A DNA stretch of 63,920 bases, counting the filler, from Aduncisulcus paluster (taxonomy: Eukaryota), in assembly GCA_024181965.1 (NCBI GenBank). It is 21 parts of 21 records of this genome, joined end to end, with 100 filler letters (N's around TTAATTAATTAA, not from the genome) between each part and the next. Parts side by side here need not be neighbours in the genome. Positions count along the whole stretch, not along the records: positions 34,917 to 36,269 come from BQXS01012119.1; positions 36,370 to 37,577 come from BQXS01012120.1; positions 37,678 to 39,393 come from BQXS01012121.1; positions 39,494 to 41,144 come from BQXS01012122.1; positions 41,245 to 42,909 come from BQXS01012123.1; positions 43,010 to 44,208 come from BQXS01012124.1; positions 44,309 to 45,611 come from BQXS01012125.1; 14 more parts are not named here. One strand, 5' to 3'. Shown piece after piece: positions 35,567 through 45,711 of this stretch. Every line of letters begins with the position of its first letter. Position 1 is the first letter of the stretch. The translations under genes and the position numbers were made by a program. Under the pieces are notes generated by a model. It saw nothing but the letters and a program-made list of their open reading frames with translations, was not told where the DNA came from and searched no databases.

Positions 35567-36269
35567 TAATAATATTTATTTAAGAAAGAAAACCGATAGG
35601 AAAAAAGAATTCATAAATAAACCTAACCCTGTTGGGCGTACGGAACTCGATGCCCTAGGCACTGGGGGGTCGAGGAGGACATCATCGTTCATGACTGGCC
35701 CTCATCATCTCCAAATCGCAGCGATAGGTCAGAGGAGGAGAGAGCAAAACAGATATGATAATGATTTGTCATAGTAGAGTATCAGAATGAGGAACACTGA
35801 GAGGAAGGTCAAAGAGATTCTGTAATAGCATTATTAACACTATGAGTCCAAACTAATAAGCACCGAAGCAATGTTGTTCTTTTTTGAGTCTTCTGTCTGA
35901 GTCGGCAGTGTCGACATCTTCGATGAGGATTCAACCGCTCCTGATTGAATTAAAGGTGTTGGGATTGAGAGAAGCGCTTTCTCAAGATTCTGCATGATTC
36001 TTTCATTGCTATTCGTGCACCATCGTCAGCAATTCTAAATGCCTGACGGTCGGAGAATGGCAGCAAGTCCTTAATTTCCTCAATAACTGATGGGAGATAG
36101 ATGCCCGCGTGACCAAATGCCATAACTATAACATTACTTAAGGAAGCATATTTGGTCTTCTTATGCAGAGTGACCTTCTCCAACTGACTGAGATCAGCAT
36201 CCTCATATGTGACGGTGACCTCGATGTGAACAGGGTCAGCAATGTCTACAAGGATGTCAGGTCTCAACC
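35561..36269 (-). mobile_element. 3' end of an RLE-type (R2/NeSL/CRE-like) non-LTR retrotransposon: endonuclease ORF end 36269-35950 plus 3' UTR
   Basis: RPDILV...IEVTVTYE...KKTKYASL...MAFGHAG fits the PD-(D/E)...KxxKY restriction-like endonuclease; UTR homologous to 49915-50104. Confidence 0.8.
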
Positions 36270-36397
36270 NNNNNNNNNNNNNNNNNNNNNNNNNNNNNNN
36301 NNNNNNNNNNNNNTTAATTAATTAANNNNNNNNNNNNNNNNNNNNNNNNNNNNNNNNNNNNNNNNNNNNTTATTAATAGTATTCATAATTTTATTAA

Positions 36398-37577
36398 ATG
36401 ACAGAATTATTTCTTTCAGATTATTTCGATCGTCATGATATTAAACAAGGTGTGATAAACCTTTGCTTCAAAGAAGCTAAAGCGACAGGAAATTTATGTT
36501 TTTATCATGCCGTGTTAGAATCCCCCTTTCTTGCTCCAAAATGGAGGAAATATTATGCAGTTGAACTTCGAGATCTAGTCTTGACATATCTCACTGAAAA
36601 TTGCCAATATTATTTCGGGACTATGAGAGATATGAAAAAAGCTCTAAAAGTTCATTGTGACGAGAGGAAACGTAATGGCTTTGCAGGTGATCGTGATATA
36701 TCTGCTCTCAGTAACATCTTGCAACAAAATATAATAGTTTTCCAGTTACCAACCAAACATCAAACAGAAGGAGTGCATATTTTCACATGTTGTGAGAAGT
36801 CTGTGAAGAAGGAAGGTTCAACAAAGTTGCCAATATTACTGCTATTAAATCCATACCGTTCAATGATAACATCTCTTATGGAACCACACTTTTCCTCCAT
36901 TTACCCCAAATCAAAATTGTTAAAAGATTTTACCTCAATTAAGATATCAACACTAATTAAAATTAAAACACGCCAAACGATTTACACAATTGGCACAACT
37001 ATTGGAACAAACGAGATTTTGTTAGGGGCAATAATCATATCATCGTCTAATGAGAATTATAGATTACTCAACGATGGATTGAATCTTATTGATATTGTCT
37101 TAGATTCTAAGTTTTTTATTGAAACAGTTCTGAGCGATGATAGTTCGGGGATTGCTCGTTGCATGAAAGAAAGATGTCATCATCATCTGCTATGCGATAA
37201 GCATCTAGAGTCACATGTTAAAACATTTAAGAGTTTATATAAAACTCTGACTCACTCGTGTACAACTATAGAACAAACGATTGATGCACTTAGGAAAGCG
37301 AAAATTGACAAGCATGATATAAAAACATTTGAAGAAAGATTCAGAGGAAGGAAAATTCCAGAAAAAGATTATACAGGAGTAATTTATTCAAAAGCCAAAT
37401 TAATTAAGGAAATGATAAATAGAGGTCACAGGTGGCTTGGAATGTTTCGTTCTAGACTCTTCACGGGAGGATACACTTCCACTAATCCTCTCGAATCCAT
37501 TCATCATGAAATTCAAAGAATGACAGCTAAGGAGAATATTCCAATTGGAACCGCAACAGTATCTCAGATGATTGGTA
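36398..37577 (+). mobile_element. OTU-like cysteine protease fused to a Mutator/MULE transposase-like domain; 3'-partial
   Basis: OTU: ATGNLCFYHAV, AGDRDISALSNILQQNIIVF, PILLLL...PHF. MULE: VLSDD, HLLCDKH (CxxH), TSTNPLESIH. Confidence 0.7.
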
Positions 37578-37677
37578 NNNNNNNNNNNNNNNNNNNNNNN
37601 NNNNNNNNNNNNNNNNNNNNNTTAATTAATTAANNNNNNNNNNNNNNNNNNNNNNNNNNNNNNNNNNNNNNNNNNNN

Positions 37678-38290
37678 TATTGATTTTATGGAAGAGATCC
37701 AGCGTGTTGGTGAGTTCAAGATCCCTGAAAAGATAAAAATTGGGAGCCCAGCTATGCTCAAGTTCCTCAAGAGGATTATTATAGAGAAGAAGATTGATGT
37801 TACCCCTCCCCTCACCATTGCCAGAATCCTGGATACTCTTGCCGAGAAGTACATCGAAGAGAAGCACCGTGATCCCGTCTTCATCATGAACCATCCACAG
37901 ATCATGAGTCCTCTTGCCAAGTACCACAGGGATCGCCCTGGTGTTACGGAGAGGTTTGAACTTCAAGCTGGACCCTTCGAGCTCCTCAACGCTTACACTG
38001 AGCTTAACAACCCCATTGTCCAGCGTACCAACTTTGAGTCTCAGGCAAAGGATAAAGCCGCCGGTGATGATGAAGCACAGTTCATGGATGAGGACTTCTG
38101 TGAGGCTCTTGAGCATGGTCTCCCTCCCACTGGAGGAATTGGAATCGGTATTGACAGGCTTTGTATGCTTATTTGTAACAAGAGTTCTATCCGTGAGACC
38201 ATTCTCTTCCCCCTTTTGGGAATGAAGAAGGACGTAAAGTCCAAAGAAGCTGAAGAAGAAGCTGGAGAAGAAGCTGAAGAAGAAAAGTGA
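37678..38290 (+). CDS. KARS: Class II lysyl-tRNA synthetase, C-terminal part
   Basis: [71 protein letters not shown]. Confidence 0.96.
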
Positions 38291-38421
38291 ATTTTTTGAG
38301 CCGTGGTAGTTTACTTCAACTGTGATTAAGTTTAATTTATACTATATATGCATATATAATATATGTGAGTGAGTCACTCTGAGTGACTGTGTCGGACACA
38401 ATATCTTTTGAAATAAACATT

Positions 38422-38846
38422 TTAAGACAAATTTGATCTCTGAAAAATTATAGTATAATTGTCATTTGATAAAGCTAAGCAAGTATATTCATATTGACCT
38501 GCATCAGAGATCATGATTGAAGTTTCACTAGGTAATGTCTCAGGGAACTCGAGGTAATTACAACTCTGATCGAATACAATATATTGGCCAGAAACTTCCC
38601 CATCTGCTTCAATATAGTCCTCAGTGTCAACGTCTGGATGACCAACAGAAGAATACTTTGGAATACAATACAATGCAATCATATCTGCGGTCGAAAGACC
38701 AGCTTCATCTTCATCTATCTCAGTAAGCTCAATATTGGGACCAAGAGCTAGAGATACCAACAGACTGTTATCACGGTCTGATATCCCATTAGTTCTCATC
38801 GGTTACAGTCGTGGTACCTTCAACAAGCACAGCATCAGCATCACTA
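38422..38846 (-). pseudogene. Acidic beta-rich protein fragment, probably frameshifted near 38795 and cut upstream by AT-rich DNA
   Basis: 125-aa ORF; the upstream frame SDADAVLVEGTTTVTDE ends in a stop within the ORF start. Confidence 0.35.
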
Positions 38847-39867
38847 TGTGGTGATGTTCTAATTTTTCTCAATCTTTGATATATTATTATTTATTTATTT
38901 GTTTTATAATTATATTTTATTTATTTTATTTAATTTATATTTATTTTATTTATATTTCATTGTTGATTCGATTATTGATTAATTGATTTCTTCAACGAGA
39001 TTCTGATTCATCTTAAACAGTAAATTGTCTTCAAGCATAGTCTTGCTAAGATTGGTTTTATTCTTATAACTAAGGTAACACCACATTTTGATCAAAATTA
39101 TCTTAAATTACCTTATTTTTGTGTGTTGTGTGACAAGTGAGTACTTTCAGTGATTGTGATGAACCCCAGTGACGCCGGTGATATTATAAGTGGTAGTGCT
39201 AAGAAACCTTCTAAAAGTGAAACTAAACGTGTAAAACGTAGTGAGAAAACTTCAAAGTCCAGTGTAAAAGGAAAAGTGAAAAAGGGCGAAAGTGAGTCCC
39301 CTCCTAGTGAAACTATGTGTGAATTAAATGCGTGTAAGCATCCAGTGATTGTTAGTGATTCTTCTTTTTCTAGTGTTAAGGACCGTAGTCTCGNNNNNNN
39401 NNNNNNNNNNNNNNNNNNNNNNNNNNNNNNNNNNNNNTTAATTAATTAANNNNNNNNNNNNNNNNNNNNNNNNNNNNNNNNNNNNNNNNNNNNCTTGTAA
39501 ATAAATTATATGGAATATGTAGTAAGAAATAAAAAATGGTCGAAAAAAACACAAAAACAATTCAAATTGTAACAAACATGTTAAATCTGATCTAAAGCAT
39601 TCCGATCCCAATAAAAACAACCTTGAGATTTCTGTTCATCTTAATGTTATAGCGGAATTAATTATGCTGTTTACCAATCTGGTGTTATATTATCATATGT
39701 GATGCTAATGACTTTTTCCCTTATTGACTATAATAATAAATATTATTCACTAAACTTAAATATTTTTCAATCTTTACTATATCACTAATTTAATATCACT
39801 CGCGAAACCAAATCTTATTTGTAATTTGTCGGATTGAGTCAGCCGAATCTGTTTTGCTCGCTGCAAG

Positions 39868-41144
39868 ATGCTTGAGCCGTGGAACGTTCGTGTAATTCTG
39901 AGAAGAATACCTACTACAGCACAACAAATTTTATATCGACTTGCATTTCTTGCTGAATCCCATGTTAAGTTGAGTATGATAAAAGAATGGGTAAAACCTA
40001 AATCTGTTCATTTAGGAAGGACCCAGGATGCTCTTTTTCGCTTAGACGCTGAAGGAATTATATCCATTCAAAAAGATAGACACTCCACGGTTAATAATGA
40101 CTTTATACTATCTCTTGATCCTGATTTTGCTGAGAATCTACGATCCTTATTGCTTGACCCAGATAGCGCCTGTAAGAATCATGCCAACTCGTTCAAGAGA
40201 ATTGTTTCAACACGTACTCCCTTTGTAGATACTTCTTTTCAACAGTGGCATTATTATACATCCTCTTTACTATTAAAACCTAGAACGATTCATCCTCACT
40301 CATCGACCGCATATATATCAGCACAATCACTCAGACAGGCAGCAGATCTCTTCTCGACGGCAGGATTGCTCCATGTTGAAACAGGAACTACATTGGGATC
40401 TCGCTCACGTGGAACCCGACCTTCAGTCATATACAATACCTCCCCCACCAATCTCGGCCGTGTGTGCATGATGGGGAGTATTCATGATCAGTTATGGCAC
40501 TTAATTGATGGTCTATTATTCAAACATTCTTCACATCATACACCGGGAAGCAAAGGATTCGCTGATAAATCAGATAAAATCAAGGGGAGCTCAATGCGCC
40601 AACTTGGAGGGAGACGGCGTTTCTCCTCTGCTCTCGAGTCGGACTCTACGACTCCTGGCCGAGGTCTTTCCACTTCCTCCACTCTCCCTTCCCCCCAGTC
40701 TCCTTCGGGACCTGAGAGTTCTTCTCAGTCGGCTCTTTCAGTCTTGATGCAGCTTGCATTCCTTCCTATCTGTTCATCTTACTCCCTGTCTTCCTCAAAC
40801 CCTCCTTCTGAGTCCACAGTGTCCTTCCTCCAAGATATCTCCACGGTGGGACTTATCCATATCACGACAGAGGAGGGTGTGTGTGAGGGAGAAGAAGGGG
40901 GCAAACAACAACCGGACATACAGGCTGAAACCGGCACCACTCTCCGGTTTGAACCGGCACATCTTCCACGTGCTGCTTCCTCATCTTCAGCATCCTTTCC
41001 CTCTTCAAAAGGTCCCATCGATGATAAATACCCTAAGTCTGCATACAGAAAGCATATAGTAGTTCGTGTAACAAGGCTTCTCAAGGGAATCGTTGGTGGA
41101 GATGAATCTATTGGATCTGATGAATTTGATGAAGGAGGACAAGC
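39868..41144 (+). CDS. TFB2: Probable TFIIH subunit p52 (GTF2H4/Tfb2), N-terminal part; start uncertain, 3'-partial
   Basis: VILRRIPTTAQQILYRLAF...IKEWVK, LSLDPDFAENLRSLL, QQWHYY, FSTAGLL, IHDQLWHLI, VLMQLAFL, FLQDISTVGLI follow the order of conserved p52 blocks. Confidence 0.7.
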
Positions 41145-41768
41145 NNNNNNNNNNNNNNNNNNNNNNNNNNNNNNNNNNNNNNNNNNNNTTAATTAATTAA
41201 NNNNNNNNNNNNNNNNNNNNNNNNNNNNNNNNNNNNNNNNNNNNGTTGGAAGAGAGATTGTTATTAAAGACATAGATGTTATTGACTCGTTTGAAGATGC
41301 TGAACTTGACAAGATATATGATCAAATCGATTCTATTATTAAATTCCAACAAAGCGAAATTCAAAAGAAAGTTTCGATGAAAAAGGAGAGGAAAGATGAA
41401 GAAGAAGAAGGAGAAGGAGAAGACAATGAAGATCTAGAGCGTGAGTATGCAGATTTAGTGAAGAAAATACGTCACAAAAGTGTGGACACCTCTGTTTGGT
41501 TCTCAAAACGGCAACAAGTTGAAGATAAGATTTATTTGTCATCCGAGGAGAAGAAGGTGAGTGAATATGTCACAAAGATAGTTGAGTGAGTTCATTGCCA
41601 ATCAACTATCCCCATCCTTCCTTGATCATGCATTGGATCTTGTTGAATGGCATGGAAGTTTGAGTCTGCTATGATAGCATTCTCGGTAAGGTACAATGCA
41701 CTCTTGGATTATGTGTCTACATTATGTTTATTCATAGGTCCTGTTGTTTTATTGAATATTACAAATTA

Positions 41769-42218
41769 TCAGACTATTCTTATGTGTCTTATTATTTGCC
41801 ATATTATTACTAAACCAATGATCCCACAAGTGGATAGTATACCAGCAAAATACACCCATTTCCAATCAAACTCATATGAATCATAATACTCTGGCTTGAT
41901 ATCAAAATTAACCCAAGGACCAGTTCTACCTAGAACATATACCAATACTCTTATAAAATGTAAGATGGTTGCAAGAGCTCCAAAGTGTAAGGGCAATTTT
42001 GCCTTTTCCTTATCATTTGAAACCAACCAAACTATTGAGCTTATGATACAACTTATGTCAATAATAAATTCGAGAATTAGTAGTGTAGATACCCATGATT
42101 TTAATCGTTTAAGAGAGTTATCGAAAAATATCATTCGGATGGTGCGGGAAAATAATATACATGCACCAAGTATCAAAAAGCAAGAATAAATCCGTTGAGA
42201 TGAGAATTTATAAGTCAT
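41769..42218 (-). CDS. Small intronless four-TM membrane protein
   Basis: ATG 42218; four hydrophobic segments; loop GRTGPWVNFDIKPE. Confidence 0.7.
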   Translation of the reverse strand: MTYKFSSQRIYSCFLILGACILFSRTIRMIFFDNSLKRLKSWVSTLLILEFIIDISCIISSIVWLVSNDKEKAKLPLHFGALATILHFIRVLVYVLGRTGPWVNFDIKPEYYDSYEFDWKWVYFAGILSTCGIIGLVIIWQIIRHIRIV

Positions 42219-42430
42219 TGTATTATTTTGTGCCGTCAAAACCACAATTCAAAAAAAAACAATCGATGACAGAAATTATTTGATCGCTCTAGGTGTCAAA
42301 ATACGAATTAGAACAGAGAATATACACTCATTGAAAAGTGTATGGTAATAATAAGTTAAAATATGATATTAATAGTAAATAAGCATATTTATTTGTGGAA
42401 AATATGAACTTCATATTATGAAGAACATTA

Positions 42431-42909
42431 GGGGAATTTCCGAATAGGGGGGGTATTTCGAAATAAAAGGGTAATAAACTTTATTAGTTAGGAATAAACT
42501 TTATTGCCGACCAATTTCGAAATTGACCCCCAATTTCGAAATAGCTAGGGAATTAATGAAATTGCGCAGCAATTTTGAAATTGGTCGGCAATAAAGTTTA
42601 TTGGTGGTTTGTACAGCAAATCGATGTCATTTAGAGCATCATTGGATTTAGAAAGGGCTTCTCAAGCGATACAAGATGCTGAGATTGTTGATCATATGGA
42701 TCATTTGATGACACATCCCTTAGAACCCCAAAGCCGACGCAGCCAACATGGATGTAAGTGTATATACATTCGAGAAGCTTATATGGAAGCAAATGATGAA
42801 GATTTTAAGTTCTTTTTTGGCGTTAACCGTGCAGAATACGGGTACATTGAAGGTAACTGTTCCGATTGCTTTATGCCTTCAAGACGAGGCAGAAGAGCCA
42901 AATTGACAC
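42431..42909 (+). mobile_element. Left end of a PIF/Harbinger-like DNA transposon with transposase N-terminus (ATG about 42624)
   Basis: TTA followed by GGGGAATTTCC terminus; repeated ATTTCGAAAT; 33-bp inverted repeat; NDEDFKFFFGVNRAEY...RRGRRAKLT resembles the HTH preceding DDE_Tnp_4 domains. Confidence 0.55.
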
Positions 42910-43011
42910 NNNNNNNNNNNNNNNNNNNNNNNNNNNNNNNNNNNNNNNNNNNNTTAATTAATTAANNNNNNNNNNNNNNNNNNNNNNNNNNNNNNNNNNN
43001 NNNNNNNNNTG

Positions 43012-43434
43012 GAAGAACTTCTCAAGAGATCAAAACCTCCCCCTCTAACTCAAATTTACCAGAGTATCCACAGATCTCTAAGTTGGAGAAAACATGATGG
43101 AGATGTTTTGATTGAGAAAATCATTGCAGAGAAAATGGCAGACGGATCAGTAGTTTCAGTATCACCAACTGACGTAAGAAAGGAACTCTTCAAAGAATTG
43201 AAGGAGAAATTAGTCTTAGAAGGTGCTGAAATGGCACATGAAATGGCCGAAGAGATGTCACATTTTATGTACTACCACATCAAATATGCACTGAAGAAAC
43301 ATGAAGATGTCGAATCCCCAGCTATCTCTCAACGTCAGGTTCGGGGTGATGATGTGTTCAGATTCATCCCCAGAACCAGCTCTACAGCTCCAAGTGATCC
43401 TCCTACAACTCACCAAGTCAGCCAAGAATTGTGA
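43012..43434 (+). CDS. 3' end of a hypothetical protein
   Basis: Frame open from the contig edge (EELLKRSKPP...) to TGA 43434. Confidence 0.4.
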   Translation, partial: EELLKRSKPPPLTQIYQSIHRSLSWRKHDGDVLIEKIIAEKMADGSVVSVSPTDVRKELFKELKEKLVLEGAEMAHEMAEEMSHFMYYHIKYALKKHEDVESPAISQRQVRGDDVFRFIPRTSSTAPSDPPTTHQVSQEL

Positions 43435-43834
43435 ATTTAGAAAAGAATAAATAATTTTTTTAACCCTGATGATCTTCCTTACAATGCAATTTATTCAGGC
43501 AACGAATTTCCATTTTTTTATTTAAGACCATTTTTCATAAGATTTACAAGACCTATATATTCTTAGTTATATCTGATACAAAGATATTTCTCAACTCCTT
43601 TCTTTCTTCGCAACCCTAAGAGGTATTTTTTAGAATTGTATGTTTATATCGTTTTTTTGTTCTTTTCATTTCATTTTATAATGTCAATTTTATCTCATTT
43701 TTTTATTTGATCATGTAGTAATTATGTCTTTGAATGAGAACAAATAGATTTCTATAATTTAAGAATATTTCATTTTTTAGTCATTTTCAGTGTTATCATA
43801 ATGTTTTTATTTTATCTACTTTATCACAGATAAT

Positions 43835-44208
43835 TGTGACAGGTATCAACTTTATCCCTACCTCATCATTACAATCAATAAACATAATCACTCATATATT
43901 GCATTTGTTAGTTTATCTGGGATTTATGTCCGTGAACAAATTTATTAAAATAAAAGCGCAAAATCTCTTTACAATAATTTTTGGATCTCCCAGAAATGGA
44001 AGTCAAAAAAGTATTAATCTCTGCAAGGTGGCGACAATAATTAATTCGAATTATATTAATATAAAAATTAATATAATTATAATCCTAAAATAAAATAATA
44101 AAATAAACCATTGTAATATCAGTCCTGCTAACACTACCTTCTCCTCAAGGAATAAATTCCGTATTATGATGATTTATCGTTAACATTTCCTCTTCCTACC
44201 AGGTTTCT
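43835..44208 (-). mobile_element. 3' end of a Gypsy element: pol tail KPGRKRKC*, PPT, 299-bp LTR (44133 to 43835)
   Basis: Minus strand GAGGAGAAGGTAG-TGTTAGCAGG...CCTGTCACA; tail resembles KKPGRKKKV* at 45134. Confidence 0.7.
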
Positions 44209-44308
44209 NNNNNNNNNNNNNNNNNNNNNNNNNNNNNNNNNNNNNNNNNNNNTTAATTAATTAANNNNNNNNNNNNNNNNNNNNNNNNNNNNNNNNNNNN
44301 NNNNNNNN

Positions 44309-44804
44309 CCTGGGTGCAGCCTAGTACTGTTTTCTTTTTGTTTAGGGACAACCCAAACGAACAAATACGCTTCAAGACTTCTGTAAGTCTCTCAATGAAT
44401 TCCTCGGCAGTCGAACCATACACAATGATGTCGTCAAGATAGACAAGCACTCCATGGTAAAGCAGGTCGGAGAATAGGTGTTGAATGGTTCTTTGGAAAA
44501 TTCCTGGAGCGGATTTCAAACCAAAGGGTAGAACTGTCCATTCGAAAAGACCCAATGGAGTGGTGAATGCGGTGATGTGTCTGGTATCTGGATGGAGAGG
44601 CAACTGATGGTATCCATGAACGAGGTCAAGGGCTGCAAAATAATACTGACCAGTAAGATGAGTCAATAAATCGCTGATACGAGGTAATGGGTAAGCAACA
44701 TCAACAATACACTCATTGAGCTGTCGGTAATCAATACACAATCTCCACTTGTCATCTTTCTTTGGTACAAGCACGATCGGAGATGCATATGCAGATTGAG
44801 ATGG
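44309..44804 (-). mobile_element. Ty3/Gypsy reverse transcriptase fragment
   Basis: PSQSAYASPIVLVPKKD; WRLCIDYRQLN; YPLPRI; LDLVHGYHQ; TAFTTPLGLFEW; LPFGL; YLDD. Confidence 0.96.
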
Positions 44805-45611
44805 TGTTGATCCGAAGTAAATTTATAATATGGCTGTAAGCAAATTTATTCCTTGTTCCATGTTCGCGCCAAATAGAGATACAAAAACTCTAGTTTTCAA
44901 AACACAAAAAGCTTGACCTTCCGAACATCGAGTTAAGACGTTATAACGAAGTATAAATGTTAATTATAATATCAGATTATAATTATAAAATAAAATAAAT
45001 AAAGATTTATATTCTGTCATCCATGGACCCATGACATTACCTTCCTTCTCGAAGCAAAAGCTTGTTCCTTATAGACAACATATATGATGGAATATAAATA
45101 AAAATACTACTGTCAATAACAAAAAAATAAATTTTACACTTTCTTCTTACGACCAGGCTTCTTCTTACGAGGATGTTTCACCCCAAACTGAATAACATCG
45201 TTCAAAGCTTCATTATGTTCAATCAAATAATGTTCCAAAGGAATAGATCCTATAACCCGATCAATCGATAACCATTTCTCAGTTCCATCCAAGAAGACTG
45301 CCAAAAAATAGGGAGTATTTCTTTCCCTTTTGTGATCTATCACCTTTTCAACAGGCCAAGACCGACAATCCATTCCTCGAATTAATTTCATCTCCTCTAA
45401 AGAGTGTTCCCCACAAATCTTTCGAATATTACTATGAACAACCGGAATCTCCTCTTTGGAAAATAAATCACGAATCCGGTACTTATATCTCGAATCCACA
45501 CCCGAAACCACAAAAGGACCCAACAATGGGGTTTGTAAGGCATAGCCCGCAGACGGATTCTCTAGCCAGACAAAATCATCCACTTTAAAAGGAGAGCCTG
45601 TATCTCTTTTC
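44805..45611 (-). mobile_element. 3' end of a second Gypsy element (GPF motif, divergent chromodomain, PPT 45050-45037, 232-bp LTR 45036 to 44805)
   Basis: LLGPFVV; WPVEKVIDHK...FLAVFLDGTEKW; GAGAAGGAAGGTAA-TGTCA...TCAACA directly abutting RT codons. Confidence 0.82.
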
Positions 45612-45711
45612 NNNNNNNNNNNNNNNNNNNNNNNNNNNNNNNNNNNNNNNNNNNNTTAATTAATTAANNNNNNNNNNNNNNNNNNNNNNNNNNNNNNNNN
45701 NNNNNNNNNNN

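Noticed and set aside
35600..35742. HDV-like or hammerhead ribozyme in the retroelement UTR
   Set aside because: TCCTCG is present in one copy only, the P1/P3 pairings cannot be built, and there is no CTGANGA/GAAA core.
17077..41144. Apparent clustering of TFIIH genes XPB and p52
   Set aside because: They are on different contigs; proximity in this window carries no biological information.
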